Source: a virus
Reading direction: 5' to 3' (one strand)
DNA length: 64,000 bases
Virus record (IMG/VR): IMGVR_UViG_3300009173_000011
Coordinates: 2,494 to 66,493 of that record
Positions 30,501 through 40,322 of this stretch are shown in pieces. Position 1 is the first letter of the stretch. Each line of letters begins with the position of its first letter. The notes under the pieces were generated by a model. That model ran no database searches. It was given only the letters and a program-made list of their open reading frames with translations, and had not been told where the DNA came from. The position numbers and the translations under genes are program-made.

Positions 30501-33500
30501 CATGGATAATGTCAACTCTAACGAAACTATATCAGAGCAAGATGTGATCGATGCACAGAACGATTTAATAACACAACTCGATCTTATAGACAATGATGCC
30601 ACCCTTAATGAGGGACAAAAGGAAAGTTTAAGAGATTCGATGAATGAATTTTTTGATAAAATAGAAAGCTATGAAAACACGACATCAGTTATATCTGGCA
30701 AAGCTACCCAAGGCAGACCAACTAGGGTTGTTAAACCGGGCGAAAGAACTCCAACAGAAAAGCAAACGGGTAAAACCCCTAAAGAGCAAATTGTCGGGCA
30801 AGAACTTACCACAGAGACAGGCAAAGCAACCATTGTCGAAGAAGATGGGAAATTAGTCCTTAAAGAGGGAGACACCTCTACCGATCTGGAGATACAAAAT
30901 ATCAACGAACTGGAGTTGGTGGAAACCCAAAAGGATGAAAATGGTAATGTCATCGGAGCAACATTTAAAACTCCGGATAAGAAAAACAAATTCGGAGTAG
31001 TAGAATATGGCAAGGAGTTTACTCTCAATAATCCCGAAGTGGCTTTAGACCTCGCTCTGGAGGAGACACGAGCCGAAGTGGGAGAGATGACCGAGGCATT
31101 AGACGAGGCTATTGAAGAGCATAAAACGGCTACTGAACAGCAAGTCGAAGATGTCACTAAAGAAGTAGATGAACATATCCAAAAGAAAGCGGCCGAACTT
31201 AAAGAGGAGGTAGGATTAACACCCAAGAAGACCCCTCCCAAAAAGCCCAAGGCTACTAAACCTCCACCTAAAAAGACCAAGCCCAAGCCTCAACCGAGTA
31301 AGAAGAAAGCCCCCAAGCCTATACAGAAAGCTATTGACCTTGCTAAACGAGCTTTGAAAAAGATATCTCGCACAGCCGACATCATCGAAACGGATAGCCG
31401 AGAGGAGATGATAGCCTACTATGAGATGGAGATGGGCATCAAGCTAACTCCGGAACAACGCAAACTAGCGATGGAGAGTAATGCTATGGTAAGCTTTGAT
31501 AAAAATGGTAAGGTAGAATTTATCTTTGTGACCCAAGATGCTACTGCCCAGGACTTGGCCCACGAGATGTGGCACGTTATATTGAATGAGGCTTTTGGTA
31601 TTAACCCTAAAAGGTTCGCCAAGTTCCAGAGCAGTATCGATAATCTCCTCCGGCAGAACGGCATGAAAGAGGTTGCTGATAAGTTAACTAACTTCACTAA
31701 AACCTATACTGGGGAAATAAAAGCCGAGGAATATCTTGCCGAACTGGGGAACCTATTGGTAACAGGGGGTATTGATATCAACAATCTTACGGCTAGTAAT
31801 AAGACCATCTTACAGCAACTGGCTGCTCTGATCAATAAGTTCACGCAGAATATGTTAGGAGAGAAAATCTTCCTTGAAGATGCCACTCCAGAAAATATCT
31901 TATCCTTTATGACTGAAGTCTCCCAGGCATATGCCCAAGGTCAGGACATCTCGGCTATGATATCCAAGCAGAAAGCCGAGCAAGTGAAGATCGATGCTAA
32001 AAATAAAGTACAGAAACAACGGCAACGAAAAAGACAACATGAGGGGAGGCAGAGAGAAAGGAAAACAGAGGGTAAACAGAGTGTAGCTGCCAAACTTATT
32101 GAAACTAAAAATAAGTTAGCGGCCAAAGTAGATGAGTTAAGTGACAAACTAAATAATTTCCCTACTCGAAAAGATGGTAGTGTATCCGAAAAAGTTAGGT
32201 TCAGTCCTCAATTTAAAAAAGCTAAAAAGGAATTCAACAAAGCTAAAAAGGAATTTGCTGATTTTATGAAAGCGATGCGTTCCACCAAAGAGGGGAAAGA
32301 GATCTTGGCAAAAGAAAGACAAGAAATAAAAAAGGAACGAGAAAAGAATTACTTGGATAATCAAAAGAAGACTCCTACTACCCCCAAGAAAGTGGTCAAG
32401 CCAGTAGTCAAACCAACCACCCCTAAAGAGGGCGTTACCAAGGAGGAGCAGGAGACACTTAATAAGATTGATAAGAAGAGAGACGATTGGCAAAAGAAAA
32501 AGAAAGAATCTGATTCTAGAAATAAAGCGGCCAGAAAAAATAGTCCTATAGCTAAAGCTTTTAAAAAGGCAGCTACCGATCTCTTTAATAAGGTAATAAC
32601 GATAAAGGATTATCTTAATATGATAAAAGAGAAATTCCCCCATAAGCCCAAGACTAAAGCACAGATACCCACGCCTACGAGTTCTATCGTGGTGGGGCTA
32701 TCGATTCCTAAAAAAGATGCTGACAAAGGGATTATAGGATTAACAAAAAAGATTAAGACTGGAATGGAAGTGCTAACTCGATTGGCTATTGATCCTCTCG
32801 ATAAGTATGGTACGCTAGTAGTCCCCGTAGCTAATGCCAAGGGAGGAAAAATAGAGGGGTATGGCTCAACGGCAGTATTAAATAATGTGTCTTGGAGTGT
32901 GACAGAGAAAGCCCAAGAGAAAAGACAATCGGCATTAGATATAGCGAAAGGAGCAGGGAAAACCCCAATGGGATGGCTTAAAGGGAGTTGGCAGAATGTC
33001 ACCCCGGAACAAGCCCATAAGATGGCCCAAGAGAAAATCAATCAGAAAGGATGGACACAGATAGGGATGAACCCTAGTAGGCATAGCTATCCTTATCAGA
33101 TAAGTGAAACGGGTCTTGAACTGCCGATGGTACACGCTGACCAGATAATACAGATAGGGAATTTTGTCATCGCCAAGAACGCAGAATTTGGTGACCCCAC
33201 CAGTTCGCTTTATTCCGTGCGTAGTTCCAAACAGAAAAAGGGAGAGAAAGGAGACATTAGATTCCGTGCTACCCCTAAAGATGAAAACTTCGAGGGTAAA
33301 GATGGAGAGAAGAATTTTGATAGATGGAAAGGCGAGAACACCTTGGTGGAGGGCAATGAGATTGCCGATGTGAAAACGGGGGAGCCTATTGTAGCACAAG
33401 TCTATCACGGCACAACCAAAGATTTTACTGTCTTTGATGCCGACACCCACGGCACACCAGAGGCACATCTCGGACAAACTAATTATTTCACTTCAAGCCA

Positions 33501-36500
33501 AGATGATGCTAATGCCAATTATAGTAGCCAAGAGGGACCAGACCTAAAAAATAAAATCGAGAGAAGAACAGAAGAACTGGAAGAGAATCTCTATGAGGAG
33601 GGCATCGAAGCCGAGGAGGGAACCACAGACTTTACCAAAGAGGTAGAACAATTGTATGGGGTCGAATTAGATGGTAACACCATCGAAGAGGTATCCAAAG
33701 AGATGGCACGACAGGAATTGCTAGGTGAGGAATCCAAGGTGGATGAGTTTTATGTCAAACTCAACAATCCAGTAGTAATAGGGAGTCCCATTAACAGAAA
33801 CAACTATGCCGAATTAAGGGATGTCCAGGAGATGGAGAATATTACCGAAGAGGTGGTAGAAGAAATAATGGATGAAGAAAATGTCACCAGAGAGGAGGCA
33901 GAAGAAAATTTTAGCGAGGACATAACAGATAGGATAAATGAGAGGTTTGATCCTAGCGAGAGAGTCGTAGATGCTTTAGATAAGGCTATCTATGAACACG
34001 CCTATGACCCCGGAATGGGACCAAGTAGCAGACAGCTATTAGAGGGAGTAGAATTATATGATGAAGTAAACCTAACAGAGTTAGAGTCTACCCTACGAGA
34101 GAGTCTATCCCAGAATGGAGATGTATTTAGTGGTGAGATGGGAGAGTATACGACAGGGGGTATTATCAATTCATTCTTTAAAAATTTAGGTTTTGATGGC
34201 ATCATCTTAGCCGATGTCCACAAACGCTTTGGTCCTGCCATGATAAACGGATTTCCCCGACAAGGGATGGAGGGACTCTATGAGGGAGACTCCCATGTTC
34301 ATGTCTTCCCAGAGAACAAGAATCAGATTAAACTTTCTGATGGGCAGAATGTAGAGTTTGGCGAAACGGCAGATGTAAGATTCCGAGCCACGCCAGAGCA
34401 AACGGCTAAAGTGAGGGAGAGTTTAGAGGACCAACGGGAGGATCTAGGGAATGAGCGTAATGCTCTGATCGATGAACTAAATGACAAATATGATGCACCT
34501 TTATGGAAGAGACTATTTTCTGGGAAGAAGAATCCTATTTCCGAGATGGAGAAAAAAATTGATGCACTAGAGGATCAAATTAATAAAGTAAATGCTCGGT
34601 TAGCCGGAGTGAATATGGGCATTACCAATCCCACCGAACGACAACAAGTTATTCTGGAGGAATATAGGGATAATTATGATGCGGTATGGGACCAATGGAA
34701 TGAAGAGAAAATTACTGATGAGCAACGTGATGAACAACTTCGTAGCTTATATGCCGAGTATTCGGATGTGCTTTTGGAGGGAGAGATACTGGAAGAAGAG
34801 AGCCAAAGACTGACAGAAGAGAACGCATCTCTACAACCCCCTACTACTACACCTCCTCCTACCGACCAACCGGGAGAGGGACAACAGACAGAGGGAGATA
34901 GGGCATCTATCCTAGAGAATATCTTTAATATGGTCAATACCGACTATACCACCGGGCAGGGACTCATTAAAGAAACTAAAATCACCAAAGAGTTTAAAGA
35001 GCAGATCCGTGCCAAGAAAGATTGGTTAATAGAAAATGCAGCTTATGTCGCTAATGATATGAGCATTCAGGAACTTCTCGATATGGAGACAGAATTAGAC
35101 CTCATCATTGAAGAGGCAACAGAACACCGTAAACAATTAAATGCCCAGAGAGATGCCGAGAACAGAAAGTTATCAGCAGAGGCAACACAGCAAATAGATA
35201 ATGCCACTAGTACTTCTATCTCATTCACACGAGACTTACAGACCGATGAGGACATCCTTAACTTCCTCGATGAGGCACAAAAGATGCCTAACGGAACCGT
35301 ATTTTTTGTTGAGGGAAAGCCTTTTAAAAAGATAGACTTCATAAAGAATTTCGACAATCTGGTAACTGGTCCAACGGAGATAAAGGTAGCCCAGGAAGTA
35401 GATGTCAATACAGTTATACAAGCAGGAGAGAAAAAGAGTGCAAAATGGTCCGGCTTTCTCCCCTATACTGCTATGAACTTTAAGACCTTATTATTTAACC
35501 TCTATGGCAAAGGGAAAGCAGGAGCCGAGTTCTGGGGTCGCACCTTACTCAAGCCTCTGGAAACAGCATATCGGGGATGGGGAAATGATAAGATGGCTTT
35601 TGCCGATGCGTGGGGCAACCTAAAAAAGAAGTATAAAGTACGTAAGAAATTAAGTAAACTCTCTGGAATAAAGTCTAAAGGGATAGAGGGCATCACCCCT
35701 ACCGGATTAGATATTACCAACAACCAAATAGTGTACCTATATAATGTCATCAAACAACCTCAACTATGGGGTAAATTAAACAAAGGAGGTATCGATAAGA
35801 AAGTCATTGATGAGATAGTAGAGTATATGGAGAACAACAGAGATCTTAAAGACTATGCCAATGAATTGCCTAGTATATTTGCTATGCACAGAAATAAGGT
35901 AGAGACAAAATTAGATGAACAAGGACTCGATACTTTCGGTAAGCCTGTGTATCGCAGAAACCTAGAAGATAATATTAACTTTTATATGTCTGAAAAGGGA
36001 GGGAGCATGACCCGTGAAGATGCGGAAACAAAAGCCAGAGAGAAATTAGATGTCTTAAATAAAATATATGATGGGAATATCCCCAGAGATATCCCTTACT
36101 TCCCCATACGAGTAGCCGGAGCCACCGATGGTAAGCTAACGGTTAATGATAACGTAGATGAAATCTTTGATGCCGATGGGGTACAACGACAACTAACAGT
36201 AATAACTGGGAACCTCATTACCAGAAAGGGAGGAGGTGCATTAAGGTGGGCAGATACCAATACCGATAATCTAGCCCAGCAGTACATGGATGGGGTTTTG
36301 AGAGCAGCCAATTTCATAGAGTGGTTCAAGCGAAGTAATCAAATGTTTAGCAAAGAAAACATGAAACGTATTGAACTCACGCAAGGGCAGTATTTTGCTC
36401 AAGAACTCCGACAAGCGGTAGCACGAATTATCACCAATAAGCGAAGACCGATGGCAGGAGGTAAGGGTGTAGGACAAGCTATTGATAACTGGGTAAACTC

Positions 36501-37782
36501 ATCACAGGCATTGATCATGTTCTTAAATGTTAAGTCGGCTCTATTGCAGAATCTATCATCGATGAACTTTATGCTTAAAGACCCTTTCGCCTATATGGCG
36601 GCCATGAAGAATCCGTGGACCACACTAAAAACCATGAAAGAGATATGGAATAGTGACTACTTGAGAAATAGGAAAGGGACTGGAGCTGGAGATCAGCTAA
36701 TGGATGAACTGATAGAAATGAAAAATCGCCAAGGCTCCAGAGGAGGAGTCAAGGGGTTTGTCGCTAATTTTATGTATAAGGCGTTTAAGTTTGGATATAC
36801 TCCTACCAGAACGATGGATGCCTTTGCCATTATGTTTGGAGGCACACCATTTTATATAGCCCAGAAGAAAAAGTATTTAGCCCAGGGAATGTCCGAGCAA
36901 CAAGCTAAAGATAAAGCGATGTTAGACCTACAGGAAGAGGCAGAAGATGTACAACAATCTTCACGGATGGACCAGATAAGTTCTCAACAAGCCTCCTCTG
37001 CCGGACGATTTGTATTAGCATTCGCCAACACTCCGATGCAATACAATAGAAAGATATATCAGGCGTTTAGTAATCTCAAAAATAACCGAGGTGATGTTAA
37101 AAAGAACTTGGGTACTCTGACTTATTATATGATAGCCCAGAATGTTCTGTTCTCCGCACTTCAACAAGCCGCACAGATGGCCCTTGGAGATAGCGATGAG
37201 GAAGACCAAAAGAGAAAAGTTACCAATACTATCAATGCGATGGTGGGCAACCTTATGCGAGGAGCAGGGATGGCAGGAGTAGGAGCAGCGGTACTCAAAG
37301 ATGTCCTCCTTAAAGGCTATGAAGTGATGCAAGACCCACGCCCAGAGGCATGGGAGGTAGCCTTTCAGAGTTTAAATGCCGCACCAGGAATTAGCTATAA
37401 GGTAGGTCAAATCATCAAAGCTATGAACTATCTGATATGGGCAGAGAAAAATGAACCGGAATCAGTTCTTCAAAATCCTTATTTTAGGGCTACTACTGTT
37501 CTGGCAGGAGCATCAGTAAATTTCCCGGCAGAAGAGGCGATTCAATTCCTTGAGCAATACCAAGATGCCTTTCTTAATCCCAACCTCGATATGTTGCAGA
37601 AGACCAACCGAGCATTAGGATATAGTCGATATGCCGTGGACTATAAGCCTTGGGAGGAAGAGGCTAAAAGGAAAGAAGAAGAAAAAGCCTCTAAAAAACC
37701 ACAAGGAGATTACGAAGATGCGGACTTCGAAGATGCGGACTACGAAGATGCCGATTACGAGGAGGCTGATTACCAAGACTAG
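27556..37782 (+). CDS. giant polyvalent internal virion protein with HExxH metallopeptidase-like and ADP-ribosyltransferase (ART-PolyVal-like) modules
   Basis: AHEMWH at 31558-31575; VYHGT..F..F / YFTS / YVKLNNP / GFDGII / VF..NQIK at about 33400-34335; hydrophobic Gly/Ala segment about 28800-29800. Confidence 0.75.
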   Translation: MEGLETILQEYVATANNPEYDGDWEIINSKFPELSEYDSHALQEYVATANNPDYNEDWGIINSKFPEFFFTQEDEIPEQETSESDSNLEDTTTSGDTSVQEMDEQADSDSLDTAVEQEQEQEQQLQQDPEEDKSLHEEFDPEEQELKDKFSRAVRTLQEDYSLNLRHSGIEGYDEDMKDYIGLQGETEQIQGTSTVPVKGLVGAYLIGKEEEEVVPILQDMYGGWGFTFDVSGAGDNVTVTHPDYKGEEPFEVSLDNWTDSGDKAEAKKLAEFLTTHGKKKEKVDAERLYQEARKDKEEFKRLYDQGIVDDEITDINQTMGYIVKENKYLGAQYAAHKQKIAEFQVRWDAAVQVGNITDELKAEYNEIVAEEVALKDRLEEFENERLDFERRGNKLNQIMGAHAEHLADQGNLLGFSWNMFMNGVGQIASGAIDVGIDIGVEGWANSKAFVDAASIGLTGDALIGTKEYEGKEYKDKLKKDLKKIEVQGEDDLDRLAEVRGFYTKYLGHDKTTAQYSQKQMETFFGGAWGGLLQSVPAMIGAGVLSSATGGASVEAGAGIVARIWAGVGSAIPGATIFGLQSVDFVNQEMSKLPYFDDISENEKWLVKGPIAIAVGILENIGFRNVLKGKSGVVGGIVQRVLNRAPRGATYETLETLTQQQIKRDIRSGLLKRTGGGILAAGAAEAETGGSQHLAEVGVKNIYNLAKEKEIFHDAEFFSTKTLMQSIRAAGQEMIGGHIMHGVFAIPKGVKDYSYGKMATNEQYALLEAISMDPIARSLMISDLKNKIIGGTIKYGDAKQRLALFNKGLATAVEIIQTAPGLSMEGKKKAFDLINEKKTLQNIIARADDKSLVKKEMDRITEINKDLETLSLTQTDSIDLQIAKLKEQRAKFFEVDNLLGVGIARTKEDTQKIAEIDAKISSLNSQKDAVQKQKTGDLATDQQAGDLQTMEEGVRKPKGKETRPKSKKSKEAGILSPNTEAIMDNVNSNETISEQDVIDAQNDLITQLDLIDNDATLNEGQKESLRDSMNEFFDKIESYENTTSVISGKATQGRPTRVVKPGERTPTEKQTGKTPKEQIVGQELTTETGKATIVEEDGKLVLKEGDTSTDLEIQNINELELVETQKDENGNVIGATFKTPDKKNKFGVVEYGKEFTLNNPEVALDLALEETRAEVGEMTEALDEAIEEHKTATEQQVEDVTKEVDEHIQKKAAELKEEVGLTPKKTPPKKPKATKPPPKKTKPKPQPSKKKAPKPIQKAIDLAKRALKKISRTADIIETDSREEMIAYYEMEMGIKLTPEQRKLAMESNAMVSFDKNGKVEFIFVTQDATAQDLAHEMWHVILNEAFGINPKRFAKFQSSIDNLLRQNGMKEVADKLTNFTKTYTGEIKAEEYLAELGNLLVTGGIDINNLTASNKTILQQLAALINKFTQNMLGEKIFLEDATPENILSFMTEVSQAYAQGQDISAMISKQKAEQVKIDAKNKVQKQRQRKRQHEGRQRERKTEGKQSVAAKLIETKNKLAAKVDELSDKLNNFPTRKDGSVSEKVRFSPQFKKAKKEFNKAKKEFADFMKAMRSTKEGKEILAKERQEIKKEREKNYLDNQKKTPTTPKKVVKPVVKPTTPKEGVTKEEQETLNKIDKKRDDWQKKKKESDSRNKAARKNSPIAKAFKKAATDLFNKVITIKDYLNMIKEKFPHKPKTKAQIPTPTSSIVVGLSIPKKDADKGIIGLTKKIKTGMEVLTRLAIDPLDKYGTLVVPVANAKGGKIEGYGSTAVLNNVSWSVTEKAQEKRQSALDIAKGAGKTPMGWLKGSWQNVTPEQAHKMAQEKINQKGWTQIGMNPSRHSYPYQISETGLELPMVHADQIIQIGNFVIAKNAEFGDPTSSLYSVRSSKQKKGEKGDIRFRATPKDENFEGKDGEKNFDRWKGENTLVEGNEIADVKTGEPIVAQVYHGTTKDFTVFDADTHGTPEAHLGQTNYFTSSQDDANANYSSQEGPDLKNKIERRTEELEENLYEEGIEAEEGTTDFTKEVEQLYGVELDGNTIEEVSKEMARQELLGEESKVDEFYVKLNNPVVIGSPINRNNYAELRDVQEMENITEEVVEEIMDEENVTREEAEENFSEDITDRINERFDPSERVVDALDKAIYEHAYDPGMGPSSRQLLEGVELYDEVNLTELESTLRESLSQNGDVFSGEMGEYTTGGIINSFFKNLGFDGIILADVHKRFGPAMINGFPRQGMEGLYEGDSHVHVFPENKNQIKLSDGQNVEFGETADVRFRATPEQTAKVRESLEDQREDLGNERNALIDELNDKYDAPLWKRLFSGKKNPISEMEKKIDALEDQINKVNARLAGVNMGITNPTERQQVILEEYRDNYDAVWDQWNEEKITDEQRDEQLRSLYAEYSDVLLEGEILEEESQRLTEENASLQPPTTTPPPTDQPGEGQQTEGDRASILENIFNMVNTDYTTGQGLIKETKITKEFKEQIRAKKDWLIENAAYVANDMSIQELLDMETELDLIIEEATEHRKQLNAQRDAENRKLSAEATQQIDNATSTSISFTRDLQTDEDILNFLDEAQKMPNGTVFFVEGKPFKKIDFIKNFDNLVTGPTEIKVAQEVDVNTVIQAGEKKSAKWSGFLPYTAMNFKTLLFNLYGKGKAGAEFWGRTLLKPLETAYRGWGNDKMAFADAWGNLKKKYKVRKKLSKLSGIKSKGIEGITPTGLDITNNQIVYLYNVIKQPQLWGKLNKGGIDKKVIDEIVEYMENNRDLKDYANELPSIFAMHRNKVETKLDEQGLDTFGKPVYRRNLEDNINFYMSEKGGSMTREDAETKAREKLDVLNKIYDGNIPRDIPYFPIRVAGATDGKLTVNDNVDEIFDADGVQRQLTVITGNLITRKGGGALRWADTNTDNLAQQYMDGVLRAANFIEWFKRSNQMFSKENMKRIELTQGQYFAQELRQAVARIITNKRRPMAGGKGVGQAIDNWVNSSQALIMFLNVKSALLQNLSSMNFMLKDPFAYMAAMKNPWTTLKTMKEIWNSDYLRNRKGTGAGDQLMDELIEMKNRQGSRGGVKGFVANFMYKAFKFGYTPTRTMDAFAIMFGGTPFYIAQKKKYLAQGMSEQQAKDKAMLDLQEEAEDVQQSSRMDQISSQQASSAGRFVLAFANTPMQYNRKIYQAFSNLKNNRGDVKKNLGTLTYYMIAQNVLFSALQQAAQMALGDSDEEDQKRKVTNTINAMVGNLMRGAGMAGVGAAVLKDVLLKGYEVMQDPRPEAWEVAFQSLNAAPGISYKVGQIIKAMNYLIWAEKNEPESVLQNPYFRATTVLAGASVNFPAEEAIQFLEQYQDAFLNPNLDMLQKTNRALGYSRYAVDYKPWEEEAKRKEEEKASKKPQGDYEDADFEDADYEDADYEEADYQD
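27577..27756 (+). repeat. duplicated 26-aa motif LQEYVATANNP.Y..DW.IINSKFPE (period 102 nt)
   Basis: Copies 27577-27654 and 27679-27756. Confidence 0.9.
37708..37779 (+). repeat. 15-nt tandem repeat encoding (D-Y/F-E-D/E-A)n C-terminal tail
   Basis: GATTACGAAGATGCG-like units, about 4.8 copies. Confidence 0.9.
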
Positions 37783-37785
37783 ACC

Positions 37786-38382
37786 TCATAAATCCATCAT
37801 CGCAAAGAACATGGCTAATACTATTCTCCCCTCCTGGAACGTGTGGCCCCAACCTTGATTCGGATATTTGGAATGAAAGGCATTGCATGGATAAACCACC
37901 AACCTATTAGCCTTATGACCTATCACCGATCGGAGTTCCCATTGAGTCTTAATATTAGCTTGTACTTCCACCATCTCATTATATTTTTCATCACTTATGT
38001 GAGAGGGCAAATAAGCCCCATAGAGGCGATGCTCCCAAAAGGCAGTGCCAGTCAAGGGGAAGTCTTCATTAGGCTCCGAGATGTACAATACGGCTGCATG
38101 AGTAGGCTTTTGCCCTAATACATTGGTGTCGGCATGGATATTCCACTCCAGACCTGTTGACTCCGTATCACTCCGGATAAAAGATAAGAGGTTCTGACAC
38201 TTAACTCCACGCCTCTCAATCTTATTATATATATGGGTGAGGAGGTAGGTGGGACAAGGCATAGCATTAAAAGTTTTATTGCCTGCCGTATAGGTCATAA
38301 ACTTCTCTTTAAATATTTCCTGCTTTAGCTGGGCGAACATGGTCACCTCCATAAAGCTATCTTCAATGCTTACTCTTGGCAT
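37786..38382 (-). CDS. 2OG-Fe(II) oxygenase (DUF6445-like)
   Basis: IHAD (HxD), AAVLYIS, GTAFW, NRLVVY..NAFHS, R at C-terminus. Confidence 0.8.
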   Translation of the reverse strand: MPRVSIEDSFMEVTMFAQLKQEIFKEKFMTYTAGNKTFNAMPCPTYLLTHIYNKIERRGVKCQNLLSFIRSDTESTGLEWNIHADTNVLGQKPTHAAVLYISEPNEDFPLTGTAFWEHRLYGAYLPSHISDEKYNEMVEVQANIKTQWELRSVIGHKANRLVVYPCNAFHSKYPNQGWGHTFQEGRIVLAMFFAMMDL

Positions 38383-38776
38383 ATTCTTCTACATTTAAGA
38401 GTTTAGAGATATCTAAAAATTGTTGCTTGGTATTAGGCTCAGTCTCACAATAGGCTTTAAGCTTTGTTAAACCATTTATAATAGTAGAATGATCTCTGTT
38501 GAACATCATTCCAATAGATTTTAGCGACTGCTTGGCAGAGTAATTGTAAATAAAATACCACATCATATATCTGGGTACTACATACATCGCCTTACGACTA
38601 CGCCCTAAAAGAATAGCCCTATTGATAGGAACGCCTTTAGATTCATAGTATATCGAGACTATCTCTATAATAGAGGATGGGTTTATAACTCGTTGGTAAT
38701 TATTTTTGTTGGAGGATACCCTCCATACATAGACCCACGGATGTATAAGTGGGGTAGCTTGTGTTGAATTTTCCAT
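38363..38776 (-). CDS. DnaA domain IV-like HTH DNA-binding protein
   Basis: SRK...V.PR..MWY...SLKSIG..FNRDHSTII signature. Confidence 0.8.
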   Translation of the reverse strand: MENSTQATPLIHPWVYVWRVSSNKNNYQRVINPSSIIEIVSIYYESKGVPINRAILLGRSRKAMYVVPRYMMWYFIYNYSAKQSLKSIGMMFNRDHSTIINGLTKLKAYCETEPNTKQQFLDISKLLNVEEYAKSKH

Positions 38777-38793
38777 AGTTAATTTGATTTGAT

Positions 38794-39171
38794 TTATAAT
38801 ACATTTCTTACTTTTTGTTCTAATATTTTAGATATCTTTTTCTCATCTAATACCATATCTAGAAATCTGTCCATAGAGATACTCTTGATGTTAACTACTT
38901 CTATGGTATCAGCTCGGCTCCAATAAAAGGTTTTGAAGTACAACTCGAAGTAGAGAGGGTCTGGAACTTGGGGTCTGTCCTGCACCTCTACCATGTCGGG
39001 ATGGATCACCATCCCCAAGGATATATCGTGAGTGAAATTATTGGTCATCTTTTCTAGTTCATACAATACGGCTTTGGCTACCACAAAGGGGTAACGCTCC
39101 AACTCATAGATGAACCTACGGGTTATGTTCAGTTGATTATTCTCCCCTATAAATTTCAGTATCAAGTCCAT
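38794..39171 (-). CDS. hypothetical protein
   Basis: ORF overlapping neighbour in operon orientation. Confidence 0.55.
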   Translation of the reverse strand: MDLILKFIGENNQLNITRRFIYELERYPFVVAKAVLYELEKMTNNFTHDISLGMVIHPDMVEVQDRPQVPDPLYFELYFKTFYWSRADTIEVVNIKSISMDRFLDMVLDEKKISKILEQKVRNVL

Positions 39172-39379
39172 GTTTTTTTAGTTCTTCGATTCGGTATTTC
39201 TGCAATTCGCTCACTCTTCCCTTTTTTGTTTTGATTTCTGAAAAGAGAACGGGAGCATCCCTGGGTATAGCGATCAAGTCGGGAATTCCATTCTTGTTGG
39301 TCTTCATCAGTTTCAAAACGTAGAACCCCTCTGCCTCCAGTTGCTTTATCCTTTTTGCTTGTATTTTCGATTCGGTCAT
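39137..39379 (-). CDS. VRR-NUC family nuclease
   Basis: MTES.IQ, GIPDL, FSEIK, G.VS.LQ. Confidence 0.85.
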   Translation of the reverse strand: MTESKIQAKRIKQLEAEGFYVLKLMKTNKNGIPDLIAIPRDAPVLFSEIKTKKGRVSELQKYRIEELKKHGLDTEIYRGE

Positions 39380-39387
39380 TCCTCAAT

Positions 39388-40269
39388 TTAGTAAAATAAT
39401 TTGGTTTGATTATAATTTATTTCGTTCTCTGTGGGATTTGGTTCCTCCAAATCATTGGTGGTGCAAAAGCCATTACACTCCATTAAGGGGCGTGGCTCCC
39501 GTCCCTCCATCATAGATAAATCTTTCATGTGAGGATACTTGGGATGGGGCTTTAAGAACACTAATACATTGCCAGAGGCTTGAGCATCGGCACTCTGATC
39601 TTTGAGCATAGTAACTGGTTCCCCTTTGAGATCGGTAAGCTTATGTTCAATCTCCGACATAGCATCTACCTTTTCAGGGTATTCTCTTTGCAATTTCTGC
39701 CAGTACCCCAAACCACCTTGGACGCATCCGGTCCGAAAACAATTGTTGTTCAGATATCCCAGAGCATAAGTGCGAGGAGGATCAATCTTATTGGCTATCA
39801 ACATATCAATGCAATCCTTTTTAGTAAGACCATTATATAATAAGGGATATATAGGTTTAGTGGTAGGGTGATTCATCTTCAGAGACTTGGCTCGTTTATT
39901 TTCATCAATGTCAAAGCCAAAGGCTTGATGGGTATACTCATTTTTCTTTTCCCATCGCTCCCTTACCTTGCGTTTTAATTCCGCAGAACAGATAGCTCCA
40001 GTAGCTACATTTAAAGATTTACGTTTCATCCATACATCTTGGATCGACTCATACTTGCCATCACCAATACCGCTAATGGTCTTAATCTTTTTCCCATACC
40101 ATTTCTCGCAGTCGATTTTAAAGCGATAGGTATCTTCATCTTCATTGTGGGTGTCGATGAATATCAACTCTGTATTTTTTATTCCATACATCTCTACGCA
40201 CATATGACAAGTGATGGCAGAAGTAACACCTCCGGACCACCATCCTACTATCTTTTTATTCTTTTTCAT
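39388..40269 (-). CDS. PAPS-reductase-like (PP-loop) protein with Cys cluster
   Basis: WSGGVTSA PP-loop, CSAELKR, GFD.DE..R, NNNC...GCV.GG..YW. Confidence 0.75.
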   Translation of the reverse strand: MKKNKKIVGWWSGGVTSAITCHMCVEMYGIKNTELIFIDTHNEDEDTYRFKIDCEKWYGKKIKTISGIGDGKYESIQDVWMKRKSLNVATGAICSAELKRKVRERWEKKNEYTHQAFGFDIDENKRAKSLKMNHPTTKPIYPLLYNGLTKKDCIDMLIANKIDPPRTYALGYLNNNCFRTGCVQGGLGYWQKLQREYPEKVDAMSEIEHKLTDLKGEPVTMLKDQSADAQASGNVLVFLKPHPKYPHMKDLSMMEGREPRPLMECNGFCTTNDLEEPNPTENEINYNQTKLFY

Positions 40270-40322
40270 AAGCTTAAAATTACTTTACCCCCCTTTACCG
40301 TCAAGTAGGGTCTATTGTTTTT

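Noticed and set aside
28761-37332. Many antisense ORFs within the giant gene (also opposite portal and groEL)
   Set aside because: Shadow ORFs expected from codon bias; no motifs or leaders.
27556-37782. Virion RNA polymerase as in crAss-like or N4 phages
   Set aside because: No DxDxD catalytic motif or T7-like polymerase motifs recognised; host-type promoters are abundant.
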